NCBI GenBank assembly: GCA_002269645.1
Contig: NIVC01002087.1
Location: 1-64,000, forward strand
Direction: 5' to 3'
From: Macrostomum lignano
Lineage: Eukaryota
DNA length: 64,000 bases
A model generated the notes under the pieces. The model did not search any database. It had not been told where the DNA came from and saw only the letters and a list, made by a program, of their open reading frames with translations. The translations under genes and the position numbers were made by a program. Shown here one piece after another: positions 1-11,630 of this stretch (positions are counted from its first letter, which is position 1; every line of letters begins with the position of its first letter).

Positions 1-14
1 ATCAAAATTAAAGG

Positions 15-1210
15 TACAAAAATGAGGAAAGTGAGAACAAAAAATCCTCAGGTGAGAGAGAAGATAAATTAGCCTTAGAGAAAAGCGAGCGAAGTAATGA
101 GAAAGAGGACAGAGAGATGGAGATAGAGTCTAGATGGAGAATAGGGCTGTGAGAGAATCTAGAGATGAAAAAGGATCAAGAAACGAAAAAGGAAAGGCAG
201 AGGGAAGGGCAAGGTGAATAGAGGAAAGGAACAAGGTGAGCAGAAGAAAGGCAGAGGGTACGTAGAGGTAGAGAGAATGTGGGGGATCGGAGAGAGAGGG
301 AGAGATGGGGAGAGGGAGAAATGGGTTAGAGAGAAGGAGAGATGGGTGTGAGGGAGAGGTGCTAAGAGAGATGGGAAGAGAGGGAGAGATGGGGGACAGA
401 GAAGAAGAGATGGGGAGGAGGAGAGAGAAGGAGGAAGAGACAGAGAGAGAGGGAGAAAAGGAAAAACGGGGGAAGACAGAGAGAGAAATGGGGGAGAGGG
501 AGAGATAGGGAGAGAGAGGGGGAGGGATGGGAGGGAGGGAGAGATGGGGAGGGAGGGAGAGATGGGGAGAGACAGAGAGGGGGAGGGAGAGATGGGAAGA
601 GAGGGATGGATGGGAAGAGAAAAAGGAAGAGATGGGGAGGGAGGGAGAGATGGGGAGGGAGGGAGAGATGGGAGGAGGGAGAGATGGGGAGGGAGGAGAG
701 ATGGGGAGGGAGGAGAGATGGGGAGAGACGGAGAGATGGGGAGGGAGGGAGAGATGGGGAGAGACAGAGAGAGGGAGGGAGGAGAGATGGGGAGAGGGGA
801 ACGGGGAGACAGGGGGAGAAATGAGGAAGAGGAAGAAATGGGAAGAGAGGGAGGGATGGGGAGAGAGATTGGGAAGGAGGGAGGAAGGGATGGGAACTGA
901 GGGAGGGATGGGGAGAGAGATTGGGAAGGAGGGAGGAAGGGATGGAAACTGAGGGAGGGATGGGAAAAGAGAAGGGAAAATCGGGGGGGGGCAGAGGGAA
1001 AAATGGGATAGAGGGGGGATGAGAGAGATGGGGAGGGAGGGAGAAATGAGGAGAGAGAGAGGGAGAGATGGGAAGAGACGGAGAGGTGGGGAGAGAGGGA
1101 GGGAACGGGTGGGTAGAGAGACAGGAGGATATGGATAGGGGAGATGGTGGGGCAGATGGGGAGAGGAGTGGGTGCTACAAGGGAAGAGAGGCTTGTAAGA
1201 ATGGTGAGGT
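15..1210. repeat. Polypurine (G/A) low-complexity tract built from degenerate GGGAGAGAT / GGGAGG units
   Basis: The + strand is overwhelmingly G and A for about 1.2 kb. The long P/S/L-rich and G/R/E-rich ORFs here are compositional artefacts. Confidence 0.95.
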
Positions 1211-1849
1211 GTGATAGGAAGGTTGTGATGCGGAAAGAGAAAGTTAGCTAGGCCCCTTTTATACATCATGCGATCTCGAGAATTTATATCAAATTTCTGT
1301 TCTCTGGATGATTAGCAAAAATTAATCTCAGGGTACAGGAAATCTTATCCTTTGATTAATGCAGAATGCAGGTAGTAATAGCTCACGGTATATATTCCCA
1401 AAAATGTTCCATTTTACAAGGTTTTGGAGTTGAAAATGTATATTCTAAATTAAAAAATCTTTTTTTCTATATGTTTAAGCGCTTCAATTTTGATAAATCT
1501 AATAAATCTACGAGCGTAGATGAAAGACTTTCTATGAGCTACATGTATTAGCTAAATGATGACAAGTTGATTCTGCAGTTAGACTCCATTGTCACGCACG
1601 TACAATGCCTAAAACGCTAACAATTATCACTGATTCTGAAGTCACCAATTAATAAAAGAAACTTAAATTTCGGTTCTTACCTTGATTTAGGTTTATCTCA
1701 GCTATTATATATCCATATTTCGTTGAGGACTAAATCTTTGAACTCAAACAGGTAAAGTGCAACTCTTGCTTGCGGGTGACAGATGTTCGAAGCTTTACTA
1801 GATTGCTGTAAAAAAAGAATAATTGATTACACCTGCCCCAATTCGGCCA

Positions 1850-2045
1850 GTAGTGCAACCGAAAGCTCAGCCGCAGCTATTGCGCGGCGCATCTGAAGGC
1901 TGCGTACGGCTGTTCAGTCCAAGGACTGGGGGGTCGCCACACGCACCCTCAATTACGAGCACCCCAGCTAATTCTGGCACCCATTTTACAGCAGGGTGAA
2001 CTGAATCAATGCAGAGTTAAAGTGTCTTGCTCAAGGACACAAAAG
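1850..2045 (-). mobile_element. Headless copy of a tRNA-derived CORE-like SINE
   Basis: The reverse complement of about 1962-2040 (gtgtccttgagcaagacactttaactctgcattgattcagttcaccctgctgtaaaatgggtgccagaattagctggg) matches 55434-55506 and resembles the MIR/CORE domain. Confidence 0.7.
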
Positions 2046-3779
2046 ATTACTGCAATGCAATAATTTGAAGATGGCTGCTTCGTCAATGCGATCAACGAGT
2101 TTGGGAACACTGACTGCATTTACCACAATGGAGAAATGAAAGACGAAAATGCGTCAACTAGCTACTGTGCCTTGCCAGCTCTATAGATCGAATTTGCGTC
2201 AGGTGATTTTAGACTCGACTGACATTGACTGTGTGACACCAGGCGGAACGTTCTGTGCATGTGAATCTCCAAACCTGCACGAGTTTGGAGACTGTTGTCA
2301 AAAGATCATGCGTCTGTCTACGTCTCATTTCGCTGGGCATGACGCCCATTTTGCTAACCCTTGAACAGCCGACGTGTCACCCTGGACGAAGGGTTGACGT
2401 AGAGCGCATGAGCTGATTGAAGCTTTTTTCGAAATCACACTCTTCAGTCAACGATGAGTGTTGGTCATAGGTAGTCCGTGAAGTGAGTCCGACTGAAGCA
2501 TTAAGCGGTTTCGTCACGTGAGTGGCAAAAACTGCAGTTGGTTGCATTGCCCTGAAGATTTGGTTCATGGAGAACCATGCAGCCGTGACCTGAGAGCCTG
2601 AGATGGGCATTGTTGCAGTCTGGATGCCTCTTCGCGAAAGGTGCAAGAAAAGCTTCCAGAGCTGGTGAGATGACTGCCTTTAAGTTAGCTTCAGGTGGTG
2701 CAGTTTGCCTAAAATCTTGATCCAAATCGAGAGGCCAGTCTGGGGAGTTCAGATGAGCTGGGAACGTTTTCCGAAGTTGAGACTAAGAAGTATTTGTAGT
2801 ATTAAAATACATGTAAATGCAATTAATTTTTTTGCTGTCAGAAGATAAACACGCCCGACAAATGCTTGGAATGCTAGGATTTTCTTTTTAATCTTGTCCA
2901 GTAAGGAGACGTCGAACTTCCTAAGCCCCTATTGTAGGGTTGGACAACGACGTCCGGAATCGGTGGCATTCTGTACCAAAGACGTGCGAGCCTATATTGT
3001 TCTTTGAAAAGATCATGTTCTCGTAGGAGTATGCCTAGCGATTCATCAGTCATTCTGATATCCGTCCCGTTTTGCATGGAACAAAAAAACGGTGGCTAAT
3101 ACCTTCGCCATATCAAAGCTGCAGGTCAGACGTCTGTAGGTAACCCACATGAAACTCCAAGTGCTTTATCGGCTTGATGCAAAACGGATGATAGCCACTA
3201 CTTGACATTCCTGCTTCAAACAGCTTCAAATTGCTGAAGTTGATGTCAATTTTGTTCGAGCGATCCAAGAAAGACGCGATTCATGATGATGGACTCGTGA
3301 CTTTTACGAGTATAAGGATACAATTCTCCATCAAGTCAGCCAAGGCGTTTTTAAAGGAGTATAGGAGGAGTAAGGAAATGAGACTGAATCACCTAGGCTG
3401 CTTAAATGCAGTTAGGATTTTCCATCCAAATACGAGCGCAGAAGAAAAATGACCTTGAAGGCTTGAAAAATAAGCAAGCGATTCATGGCTTCTGGATAGA
3501 ACAACAGACGTTTAGACGTTTTCAGACACACTTCAAAGTCAACTGTCTTTAACTGTCAACGGAAAAAATAAGCCTTGAGGAGAAAGGTTTTGGTAGCTAG
3601 TATTTTTTGTCATTAGCTCGTAAAAGGTCGGGCGTTCACCTTACGGTAGAGTACTTGTTGCGATCTACCAGCGATTTTTGTTTTTGAGTCAGACCTCTGA
3701 TGGAGTCAACTGCCGTGCAGTTTTGCCGAATCGAGACTTTTCGAAGGGCTCGTCAAGCATTTTCTCCGAATAATTACCG

Positions 3780-5995
3780 AGAGAGGGGTGGAGAGGGAGA
3801 GGGGTGGAGAGGAAGGGAGAGGGGTGGAGAGGAAAGAAGGGGGTGGAGAGGAAGGAATGGGTGGAGAGGAAGGGAGAGGAAGGGAGAGGAAGGGAGAGGA
3901 AGGAAGAGGGGTGAAGAGGAAGGGAGAGGGGTTGAGAGGAAGGGAGAGGAAGGAAGAGGGGTGGAGAGGAAGGGAGAGGGATTGAGAGGAAGGGAGAGGA
4001 AGGGAGAGGGGTGGAGAGGAAGGGAAAAAAAGGGAGAGGGGTGGAGAGGAAAGAAGAAGGGTGAAGAAGAAGGGAGAGGAAGGGAGAGAGGGGTGGAGAG
4101 GAAGGGAGAGAGGGTGGAGAGGAAGGGAGAGAGGGGTGGAGAGGAAGGGAGAGGAAGTAAGAGGAAGGGAGAGGGGTGGAGAGGAAGGAAGGAAGGGAGA
4201 GGAAGGGAGAATAAGGGAGAGGGGTGAAGAGGAAAGAAGAGGGGTGGAGAGGAAGGGAGAGGGCTGGAGAGGAAGGGAGAGGGGTGGAGAGGAAGGGAGA
4301 GGGGTGGAGAGGAAAGAAGGGGGTGGAGAGGAAGGAATGGGTGGAGAGGAAGGGAGAGGAGTGGAGAGGAAGGGAGAGGGGTGGAGAGGAAGGGAGAGGA
4401 AGGGAGAGGAAGGGAGAGGAAGGAAGAGGGGTGGAGAGGAAGGCAGAGGGGTTGAGAGGAAGGGAGAGGAAGGAAGAGGGGTGGAGAGGAAGGGAGAGGG
4501 ATTGAGAGGAAGGGAGAGGAAGGGAGAGGGGTGGAGAGGAAGGGAGAGAGGGGTGGAGAGGAAGGGAGAGAGGGTGGAGAGGAAGGGAGAGAGGGGTGGA
4601 GAGGAAGGGAGAGGAAGTAAGAGGAAGGGAGAGGGGTGGAGAGGAAGGGAGAGGAAGGGAGAGGAAGGGAGAGGAAGGAAGAGGGGTGGAGAGGAAGGGA
4701 GAGGGGTTGAGAGGAAGGGAGAGGAAGGAAGAGGGGTGGAGAGGAAGGAATGGGTGGAGAGGAAGGGAGAGGAAGGAAGAGGGGTGGAGAGGAAGGGAGA
4801 GGGATTGAGAGGAAGAGAGAGGAAGGGAGAGGGGTGGAGAGGAAGGGAGAATAAGGGAGAGGGGTGGAGAGGAAAGAAGAAGGGTGAAGAAGAAGGGAGA
4901 GGAAGGGAGAGAGGGGTGGAGAGGAAGGGAGAGAGGGTGGAGAGGAAGGGAGAGAGGGGTGGAGAGGAAGGGAGAGGAAGGGAGAGGAAGGGAGAGGAAG
5001 GAAGAGGGGTGGAGAGGAAGGGAGAGGGGTTGAGAGGAAGGGAGAGGAAGGGAGAGAGGGGTGGAGAGGAAGGGAGAGGAAGGGAGAGGGGTTGAGAGGA
5101 AGGGAGAGGAAGGAAGAGGGGTGGAGAGGAAGGGACAGAAGGAAGGGAGAAGTAAGGAGAAAGGTAAGAAAATGAAAAGAGAGAGGAAAGAAGAAGGGTG
5201 GAGAAGAAGGGAGAGGAAGGAAGAGGGGTGGAGAGGAAGGGAGAGGGGTGGAGAGGAAGGGAGAGAGGGGTGGAGAGGAAGGGAGAGGAAGGGAGAGGGG
5301 TTGAGAGGAAGGGAGAGGAAGGAAGAGGGGTGGAGAGGAAGGGACAGAAGGAAGGGAGAAGTAAGGAGAAAGGTAAGAAAATGAAAAGAGAGAGGAAAGA
5401 AGAAGGGTGGAGAAGAAGGGAGAGGAAGGAAGAGGGGTTGAGAGGAAGGGAGAGGGGTGGAGAGGAAGGGAGAGGAAGGAAGAGGGGTGGAGAGGAAGGG
5501 ACAGAAGGAAGGGAGAAGTAAGGAGAAAGGTAAGAAAATGAAAAGAGAGAGGAAGAAGAGGAAGGGAGAGAAGGGACCGGAGAGGAAGGGAGAATGGGTA
5601 GAAAAAAGGGAGAGAAGAGAAGGAGAGAGGGTGGAGAGGAAGGGATAGGAAAAAGGGAGATTAGAAATTGAAGTGAGAGGAGAAGAGGAAGGGAGAGAGG
5701 GAGAAAAGGGCAGAAGAGACGCAAAGAGAGGGAGGACGAGAGAAAGCAATATGGCCGGAGGGGAGCAGGTTGATTGAAAGATGAAGATTGGGTAAGAGAG
5801 AGAGAAGAAATTATAATGTAATGAGAGACTGAGAGAGAGAGACCAGGGGAGGAGAAAAAGAGAAAAGGAGAAGAGAGGGATGAGACGGTTGAAAGGGAAG
5901 GAGAGATGGGAGCGGAGAGAGGGAAGATGAGAGAGGGGATCTGAGAAGATACAGAAATGAAAATAAGAGAGGAGTGAGAAATAAGGGTAGTGAGA
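3780..5995. repeat. Polypurine tract / degenerate minisatellite (GAGAGGAAGG, GGAGAGGGGTGGAGAGGAAG units) with internal block duplications
   Basis: About 2.2 kb with very few C on the + strand. The block starting gtggagaggaagggacagaaggaagggagaagtaaggagaaagg occurs three times (about 5120, 5330, 5490). Confidence 0.95.
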
Positions 5996-6221
5996 GGCAC
6001 TGGAGCAGTGATCTGTTAGAGCAGGAACAGTGTTAATTTCTCAATGTCTAATTGTCTTGCTGTTTTACAACTTCCAACATCAGTAGCTTTAAGGGGTCAA
6101 TTTACGTCACCTGTGTCCTATCTACTTATCTAAACTCCTCTAACCCAGCTAATTAATTAAAGCATACAAACAACAGCAAACCCTGCACCTAAGCATGAAA
6201 AAGACGCAGTGAGTCTGCATG

Positions 6222-8334
6222 CTACTCGAACCTCACGGGCGCCTCGGCTCGAATCACCTTCCGACAGATGGGGCATGTCTGCAGGTTGGCAGAGCAGCGG
6301 CTGCAGCAGCACAGGTGACCGCAGTCCAGCAGAATTACGTTAATCCGATGGACCATGCACACCTTGCAGGTGCGCCAGTCCGTCTCGGGCGACTCCTCCG
6401 GCTCTCCAAACGCTGACGAGCTTCGCAGACGGTGCAGCTCGGCCTCTCTGAATGTTTCGATGTCCATGGAACGCACAGTCAGAGCGTCGTGTTGGCTGAC
6501 AACGGCCGCCAGCAGCTGTTCAGAAGTCGCGAAGTCGTCACCCTCAAACATCAGCCGCATCTCCATTGCTGTGCGAACCTCGGTAGCTGAGAATCCCAGA
6601 CGGATGGCCATTCGAGCTGACGGAACGTCGGATCGTGCTCGGATCTCTCTCGACTCGATTCGGTACCTGACTCCCAGGTTTCCAGAGTACGACATTTTCA
6701 CCTGTGATTGTTGCTCATCCTGCCGTCCATGATTACGGCTCGAGCTCAGGATCTCTGAAAAGCGGGCCACAACGTCAGGCGCCACGAACTGTCGAACCCG
6801 TCTCACGAACGCGGCGCCTCGACTGCTCAGCAGGTGGCCGCACCTCGGAGACCACGCGGCGTGGGCGATCGACGCGTTGCCGAGCAGCTGGGAGCCTGCA
6901 ACGGACAGCCGCAGGTTACACGCGAAGCAGATCAGCAAGTTGAACGTCCCGGCCGTCTGCAGGAAGAACCCCGCTGACGCGAACTGATCTGCCGGCTCAA
7001 ACAGCTCGATGTTCTCGAGAGTCCTCAGTCGGTCGCTCTGACGGACGAAGCTCGGATGCTCGATCGGCAACCGAGACGCCTCGAGCTCGAGCATCTCGAG
7101 TGCCTGCACCGCTCGAGGCTCCGCGGCTGACCGCAGCGTCTGCGGCGGAGGCAGCGGCGTCTGGGAAGCTGCAGCGAGAATTTCCGGTTCCGACGGTCTC
7201 TGCTGACGTCCCGCGCTTCCGTCCGACATCGCCAGCGACCGCCACTCGTCCTCCGTCCGGGCTCCGTCACAACCTCCTCCGACGTCTCAGAGGCCTCGCT
7301 GCACTGCTCTGACTGCGACACGCCGTCCATCTCGAGGTCCGGCTTGTTGCCGACGTCCATCCCCAGCACGAACGGACACGTGGGGAACTGCCTGGCGTGC
7401 AGCCGCATCGGCGACTCTCCTTCAGCGAGGCTGCCGGACTCCAGCGCTCCCTGGCAGAAGGCGCACCGAACTCGGCCATCTGTGGCCGATTGGAACAGCC
7501 CCGCCGATGCCATCCACCTCGCCGTGTCAGCAGTCACCGATGGGCCGAAGCTGAGAGCTCTGGCCGACTCCGACATCATCTCCCTGACTGCCCCGCTGCC
7601 CTCGGCGAAGCTGAGCTGCTGGGGCACGCGGCTGTCGCTGCTGGCTCCAGTGTAGTAGCGGAGCAGCTTGCAGATCGCTGAGCTGACCGCATGACCTGCT
7701 GACCCGCTTGCTTGAGGAGTTTTCAGAAACTTTGTTGAAAAATATTGTAGTGCCATGCCAAGCATTGCGAGGTACGGAATGTTTAAGGCTGACTGAAACC
7801 CTGAAATCCCTAGATTTTGGATATGATTGATTATCTGAGTGTAACAAAGCGTCATTGCGTTATTTCCTCCCTCCAGTTTCTTGGCAACTTTTTGTTTTCC
7901 TTCTGTTTCCAATGAAATCATGTTTTCGAACAGAGCTCGGGTTTTATTGGTAAACCATTTAAAAGCATTCCACGCCGTTCTTCTGAAGCTGACCTTCTTG
8001 TCCTCCTGATCTGGCGTTTCCGACGACCTTGATCCAGAAATCGAGTTTTGAGCTGCCTGTTCTGCAAGTGGTTGTGGAGATTGTTGAATAAACCTTGAGT
8101 AATTTCTTATATGCTAAAAATTTTGCCTTAATTTAAGCTTTAAAATTCCTGTATGCACTACTATTACAAACCTTTAATAGCGATCTTTTATTGTTCTTTT
8201 CTGTTGTGCTGTTAAATTTGTGTGTCATGTAAAAATTATGACGGTAAACTGACATATGGAAGTATAGAACCCAAATTTATCTACATCTACTTCGGTTTTT
8301 CAAACCCTCACCGAAGCCCAAACCGAAGTTCATT
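6222..8334 (-). pseudogene. IAP paralogue 1 (unknown N-domain-BIR-BIR-UBA-RING), split by a 1-bp deletion
   Basis: ORFs 7921-7025 and 7229-6222 together reproduce the 24234-26102 protein. There is a 1-nt deletion at about 7257-7261 (GAGCCCGGACG vs GAGCCCCAGACG in copy 2). The frame is open upstream to a TTGCAG acceptor (exon starts 8061). A predicted mini-exon 8334-8313 (ATGAACTTCGGTTTGGGCTTCG|GTGAGG) is phase-compatible. The frameshift could be an assembly error. Confidence 0.88.
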
Positions 8335-8366
8335 TTCTAAGTAAGCATATGTCGTTAAAAATTAAG

Positions 8367-9174
8367 TGTGACGTTGTCAGTTTAAGGTGGTCCCGAAAAG
8401 GGCCGTTGGACTGCTGTTCTCCATAGTCATTCAACCCTTCAGTTTCACCGTTTCAACTAAACCTTTCCATTCGTTTATTGCGACGTTTACTTGTAGTAGT
8501 GCCCAACGATTTTGTGGCAATTTATAATTCATTGTATATTTTGCTATCCTCTCTCGCAACCGTATAAAATTGGCACGATCGATAATTTTAAGTTCTCTCG
8601 CCAGCCAATGAAATCACTCGTGCTCGCGCTACCCCCTCTGCGCTCTTTTATTAAACCCCCCCGCCTGGCGGCGGCACTCCCCGCTTGTTCCTTGTTTCCT
8701 TCCCTGCGGCCTCTTAGCTGTCTTATCTGTTTGTCTGGCTGCCTCGAGCCTCCTTATTTCTCACCACGGCCCTTCTGTCTGGGCCAGCCTGCTCACACAC
8801 TTACTTGACTGTTTCACGCCACGACCGGCGCCAAACTCGCCACTACGTTTCACTGCCTTCACTGTGCTCATAGCCACTGCTCACGTCACGTCGCCATTGT
8901 GTCATTCGCCTGCCACTTGACTTCATATCCAAATTATATTCAACCCATTGCTGCAGCCGCCAGTGCCCAGAAAGCTATAGTCTGTTTATTGCCAGTAACA
9001 ACCAAACTTAATACTGATATTAACAATAAAGACAACTACGGCAGTTCCTGCCTTTATCGCCAAGTGCTCCGCTACAAAATCCGCTTTACAAGAATTGACT
9101 TCAACTTATTTTGGGACTAAAACGGCCCTTTTAAGGGTCACCGCTTAGCTGGCCGCTACGCCAATAACGTGACA
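8367..9174. mobile_element. Solo LTR (808 bp)
   Basis: Starts TGTGACGTT and ends AACGTGACA (TG..CA inverted termini). A 4-bp direct repeat TAAG flanks it (8363-8366, 9175-9178). Subterminal inverted repeat AAAAGGGCCGTT/AACGGCCCTTTT. Internal CCAAT (~8605), TATTAAA (~8649) and AATAAA (~9027). Confidence 0.72.
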
Positions 9175-9299
9175 TAAGCATATGCCAATCTTAAGAAAGT
9201 TCATTCCGACTCCGACGCGAAATTGTGTAGTCCTGAGACTATTTACCCAGAGGCAAAAGTTCAAGTAAAAGTGTCTGACGGTACAGATTTCTAAGTTGA

Positions 9300-10470
9300 A
9301 AGGCCACAGCAAAACTTTCATCATGATTAAGGAGGTACTTCATAAACAAACTGCTATACTGATGAGTGGGATTTGATCTAAACACGGAGGGGACCATATA
9401 GCTCGTAGATACCCACGCAGTGAAACGCGGCGAAAACTGCGGTTATCCCATAATGCTTCATATAAAAAAAGTTGGCCTTGGAGCAGCAAAGCACCGACAA
9501 CTCAGTCTCTTTTTTGCGCAGTCATGGTTAAATGCAGTGTTCTTTACGCCTCTGAGGCCTGGGGAGTTTTCATTTCCTGGAACCAAAGTCTAATCCAGAG
9601 GATCAATTTAAGCTCTTGAAAGGCAATTCTACAAGTTAGAAAAAATACTGACAGTAATGGGGGGTTGTCTGGAGGTGAGAATTCATGGTAATGGCCAAAT
9701 TGACACTCGCGGCGATAACCGCTCGTGTCTATGGCCATTACCATGAATTCTCACTTCCAGCAAACTTCATTGGTCAATTTGTCCATCAGGATCCGAGTGG
9801 GAAGGGGGAATGGGAGTGAATGAACAACCATAGACTATTTTATTTTACGCTCATAGACTCGTTTGTTTTCTAAAATGATATCACCGGTAAATTGCTTTAT
9901 TGTCAATTTCAAACTATGACGGGTCATTGCTTGAATTCAATTGCCTTAGCGTAAATTACCATAGACATTTTGAACAATGGAGCCCGCTCAGAGCTAGGTA
10001 GACTGTCTTTATTATACAATATCCAGAAGAGAACTATATACGAGGTGCCGGGTCTCACTAGTAAATCGCCCAGACACCATCATCTCGAGACTAGCCAACA
10101 TGGCTGAGTAGCAAATATCAATCAGAACCCACAAAGATAGTTTTGAACTAAAAAGAGTCGAGACCTCTACAAAGATACTTGTCACTTCTACTACAAATTC
10201 ATATGGTACTAATCAACCGAAAAGAATGTCCTAGACATTTTCAATCCAGAATTTAAGCGCACCCTGTCACAGTTTAGATTAGCCAAACAATTAACTGGCC
10301 TGCGAAACAATGAGGACTGTGAGACCAAAGACCCCTTAGGAGAATTGGACCTACCCAAAGTGCCATGTGCTGGGGGGGGGGGTAGAAAGTGAAGTTCACT
10401 TCCCATACAAGTGCAGATGGAACTTTTAGTGCCTCCTTCGGCTTCAGGGATCAATTAGAACAGGAAATCT
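9300..10470 (+). mobile_element. Degenerate 3' part of a non-LTR retrotransposon (CR1/L2/Crack/Daphne-like post-RT region and C-terminal zinc knuckle)
   Basis: Broken frames give MVKCSVLYASEAWG (cf. IxPILLYGSEVWG), ILQVRKNT, LSQFRL and VESEVHFPYKC (cf. VEDEFHFLLxC). Many stops and frameshifts. Confidence 0.55.
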
Positions 10471-10749
10471 CAGTCAAAGTTTCTAATACTAAACCTTACT
10501 GCAAATGTTTAAGTATTTTACGCACTTAGTTTTAATAAAAATAATCGTTGTCTCAAGATAGCTAAAGTTTATGTGATTTTCATAAGCTGCTAAGGTCAGA
10601 GTTTTTTATAAAGGGAAAAATGCGTACATGTGTTCAAAGACTTGTCTTGATGAGCTTTCCTAAATTCCTAAATACTTCGCAATTTAAGCAAGGACCACTG
10701 GGTCTTTCGCTTTTTGGTTCTTGGATTTAGGACTGAGATTTTAACACTG

Positions 10750-11630
10750 GCGCCCCTAATGTCTCTTCAGGTGGGCGCCCCTGTCTCTTCGGTGGACGCC
10801 CCTGTCTCTTCGGCGGACGCCCCTGTCTCTTCGGTGGACGCCCTTGTCTCTTAGGTGGACGCTCCTGTTTCTTAGGTGGACATCCCTGTTTCTTAGGTGG
10901 ACGCTCCTGTTTCTTAGGTGGACGCTCCTGTTTCTTAGGTGGACGCCCCTGTTTCTTAGGTGGACGCCCCTGTCTCTTCGGTGGACGCCCCTGTCTCTTA
11001 GGTGGACGCTCCTGTTTCTTAGGTGGACGCCCCTGTTTCTTAGGTGGACGCTCCTGTTTCTTAGGTGGACGCTCCTGTTTCTTAGGTGGACGCTCCTGTT
11101 TCTTAGGTGGACGCCCCTGTTTCTTAGGTGGACGCCCCTGTTTCTTAGGTGGACGCCCCTGTTTCTTCGGTGGACGCCCCTGTCTCTTCGGTGGACGCCC
11201 CTGTCTCTTCGGTGGACGCCCCTGTCTCTTAGGTGGACGCTCCTGTTTCTTAGGTGGACATCCCTGTTTCTTAGGTGGACGCTCCTGTTTCTTAGGTGGA
11301 CGCTCCTGTTTCTTAGGTGGACGCCCCTGTTTCTTAGGTGGACGCCCCTGTCTCTTCGGTGGACGCCCCTGTCTCTTAGGTGGACGCTCCTGTTTCTTAG
11401 GTGGACGCCCCTGTTTCTTAGGTGGACGCCCCTGTCTCTTAGGTGGACGCTCCTGTTTCTTAGGTGGACGCCCCTGTTTCTTAGGTGGACGCCCCTGTTT
11501 CTTAGGTGGACGCCCCTGTTTCTTAGGTGGACGCCCCTGTTTCTTAGGTGGACGCCCCTGTTTCTTAGGTGGACGCTCCTGTCTCTTAGGTGGACGCCCC
11601 TGTCTCTTAGGTGGACGCCCCTCTCTCTTA
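10750..11630. repeat. 21-bp minisatellite (GGTGGACGCCCCTGTTTCTTA), about 41 copies
   Basis: Tandem array read directly. Variants differ at a few positions. There are no unique spacers. Confidence 0.97.

Noticed and set aside
1681-1806. Minus-strand exon-like segment with a strong acceptor and an AAG|GTAAG donor
   Set aside because: All three frames contain stops and no partner exons could be assigned.
130-6000. Long ORFs (379, 686, 764, 344 aa and others) rich in P/S/L or G/R/E
   Set aside because: They arise from polypurine/polypyrimidine tracts that cannot encode stops in these frames. No domain motifs.
6355-7847. Many overlapping antisense and alternate-frame ORFs over the IAPs and Gypsy pol
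   Set aside because: These are shadow ORFs expected in GC-rich coding sequence. No independent motifs.
10750-11630. Possible CRISPR array (also considered for 30189-30471, 31590-33275 and 53790-54895)
   Set aside because: The units are directly adjacent with no unique spacers, there are no cas genes, and the context is eukaryotic. These are minisatellites.
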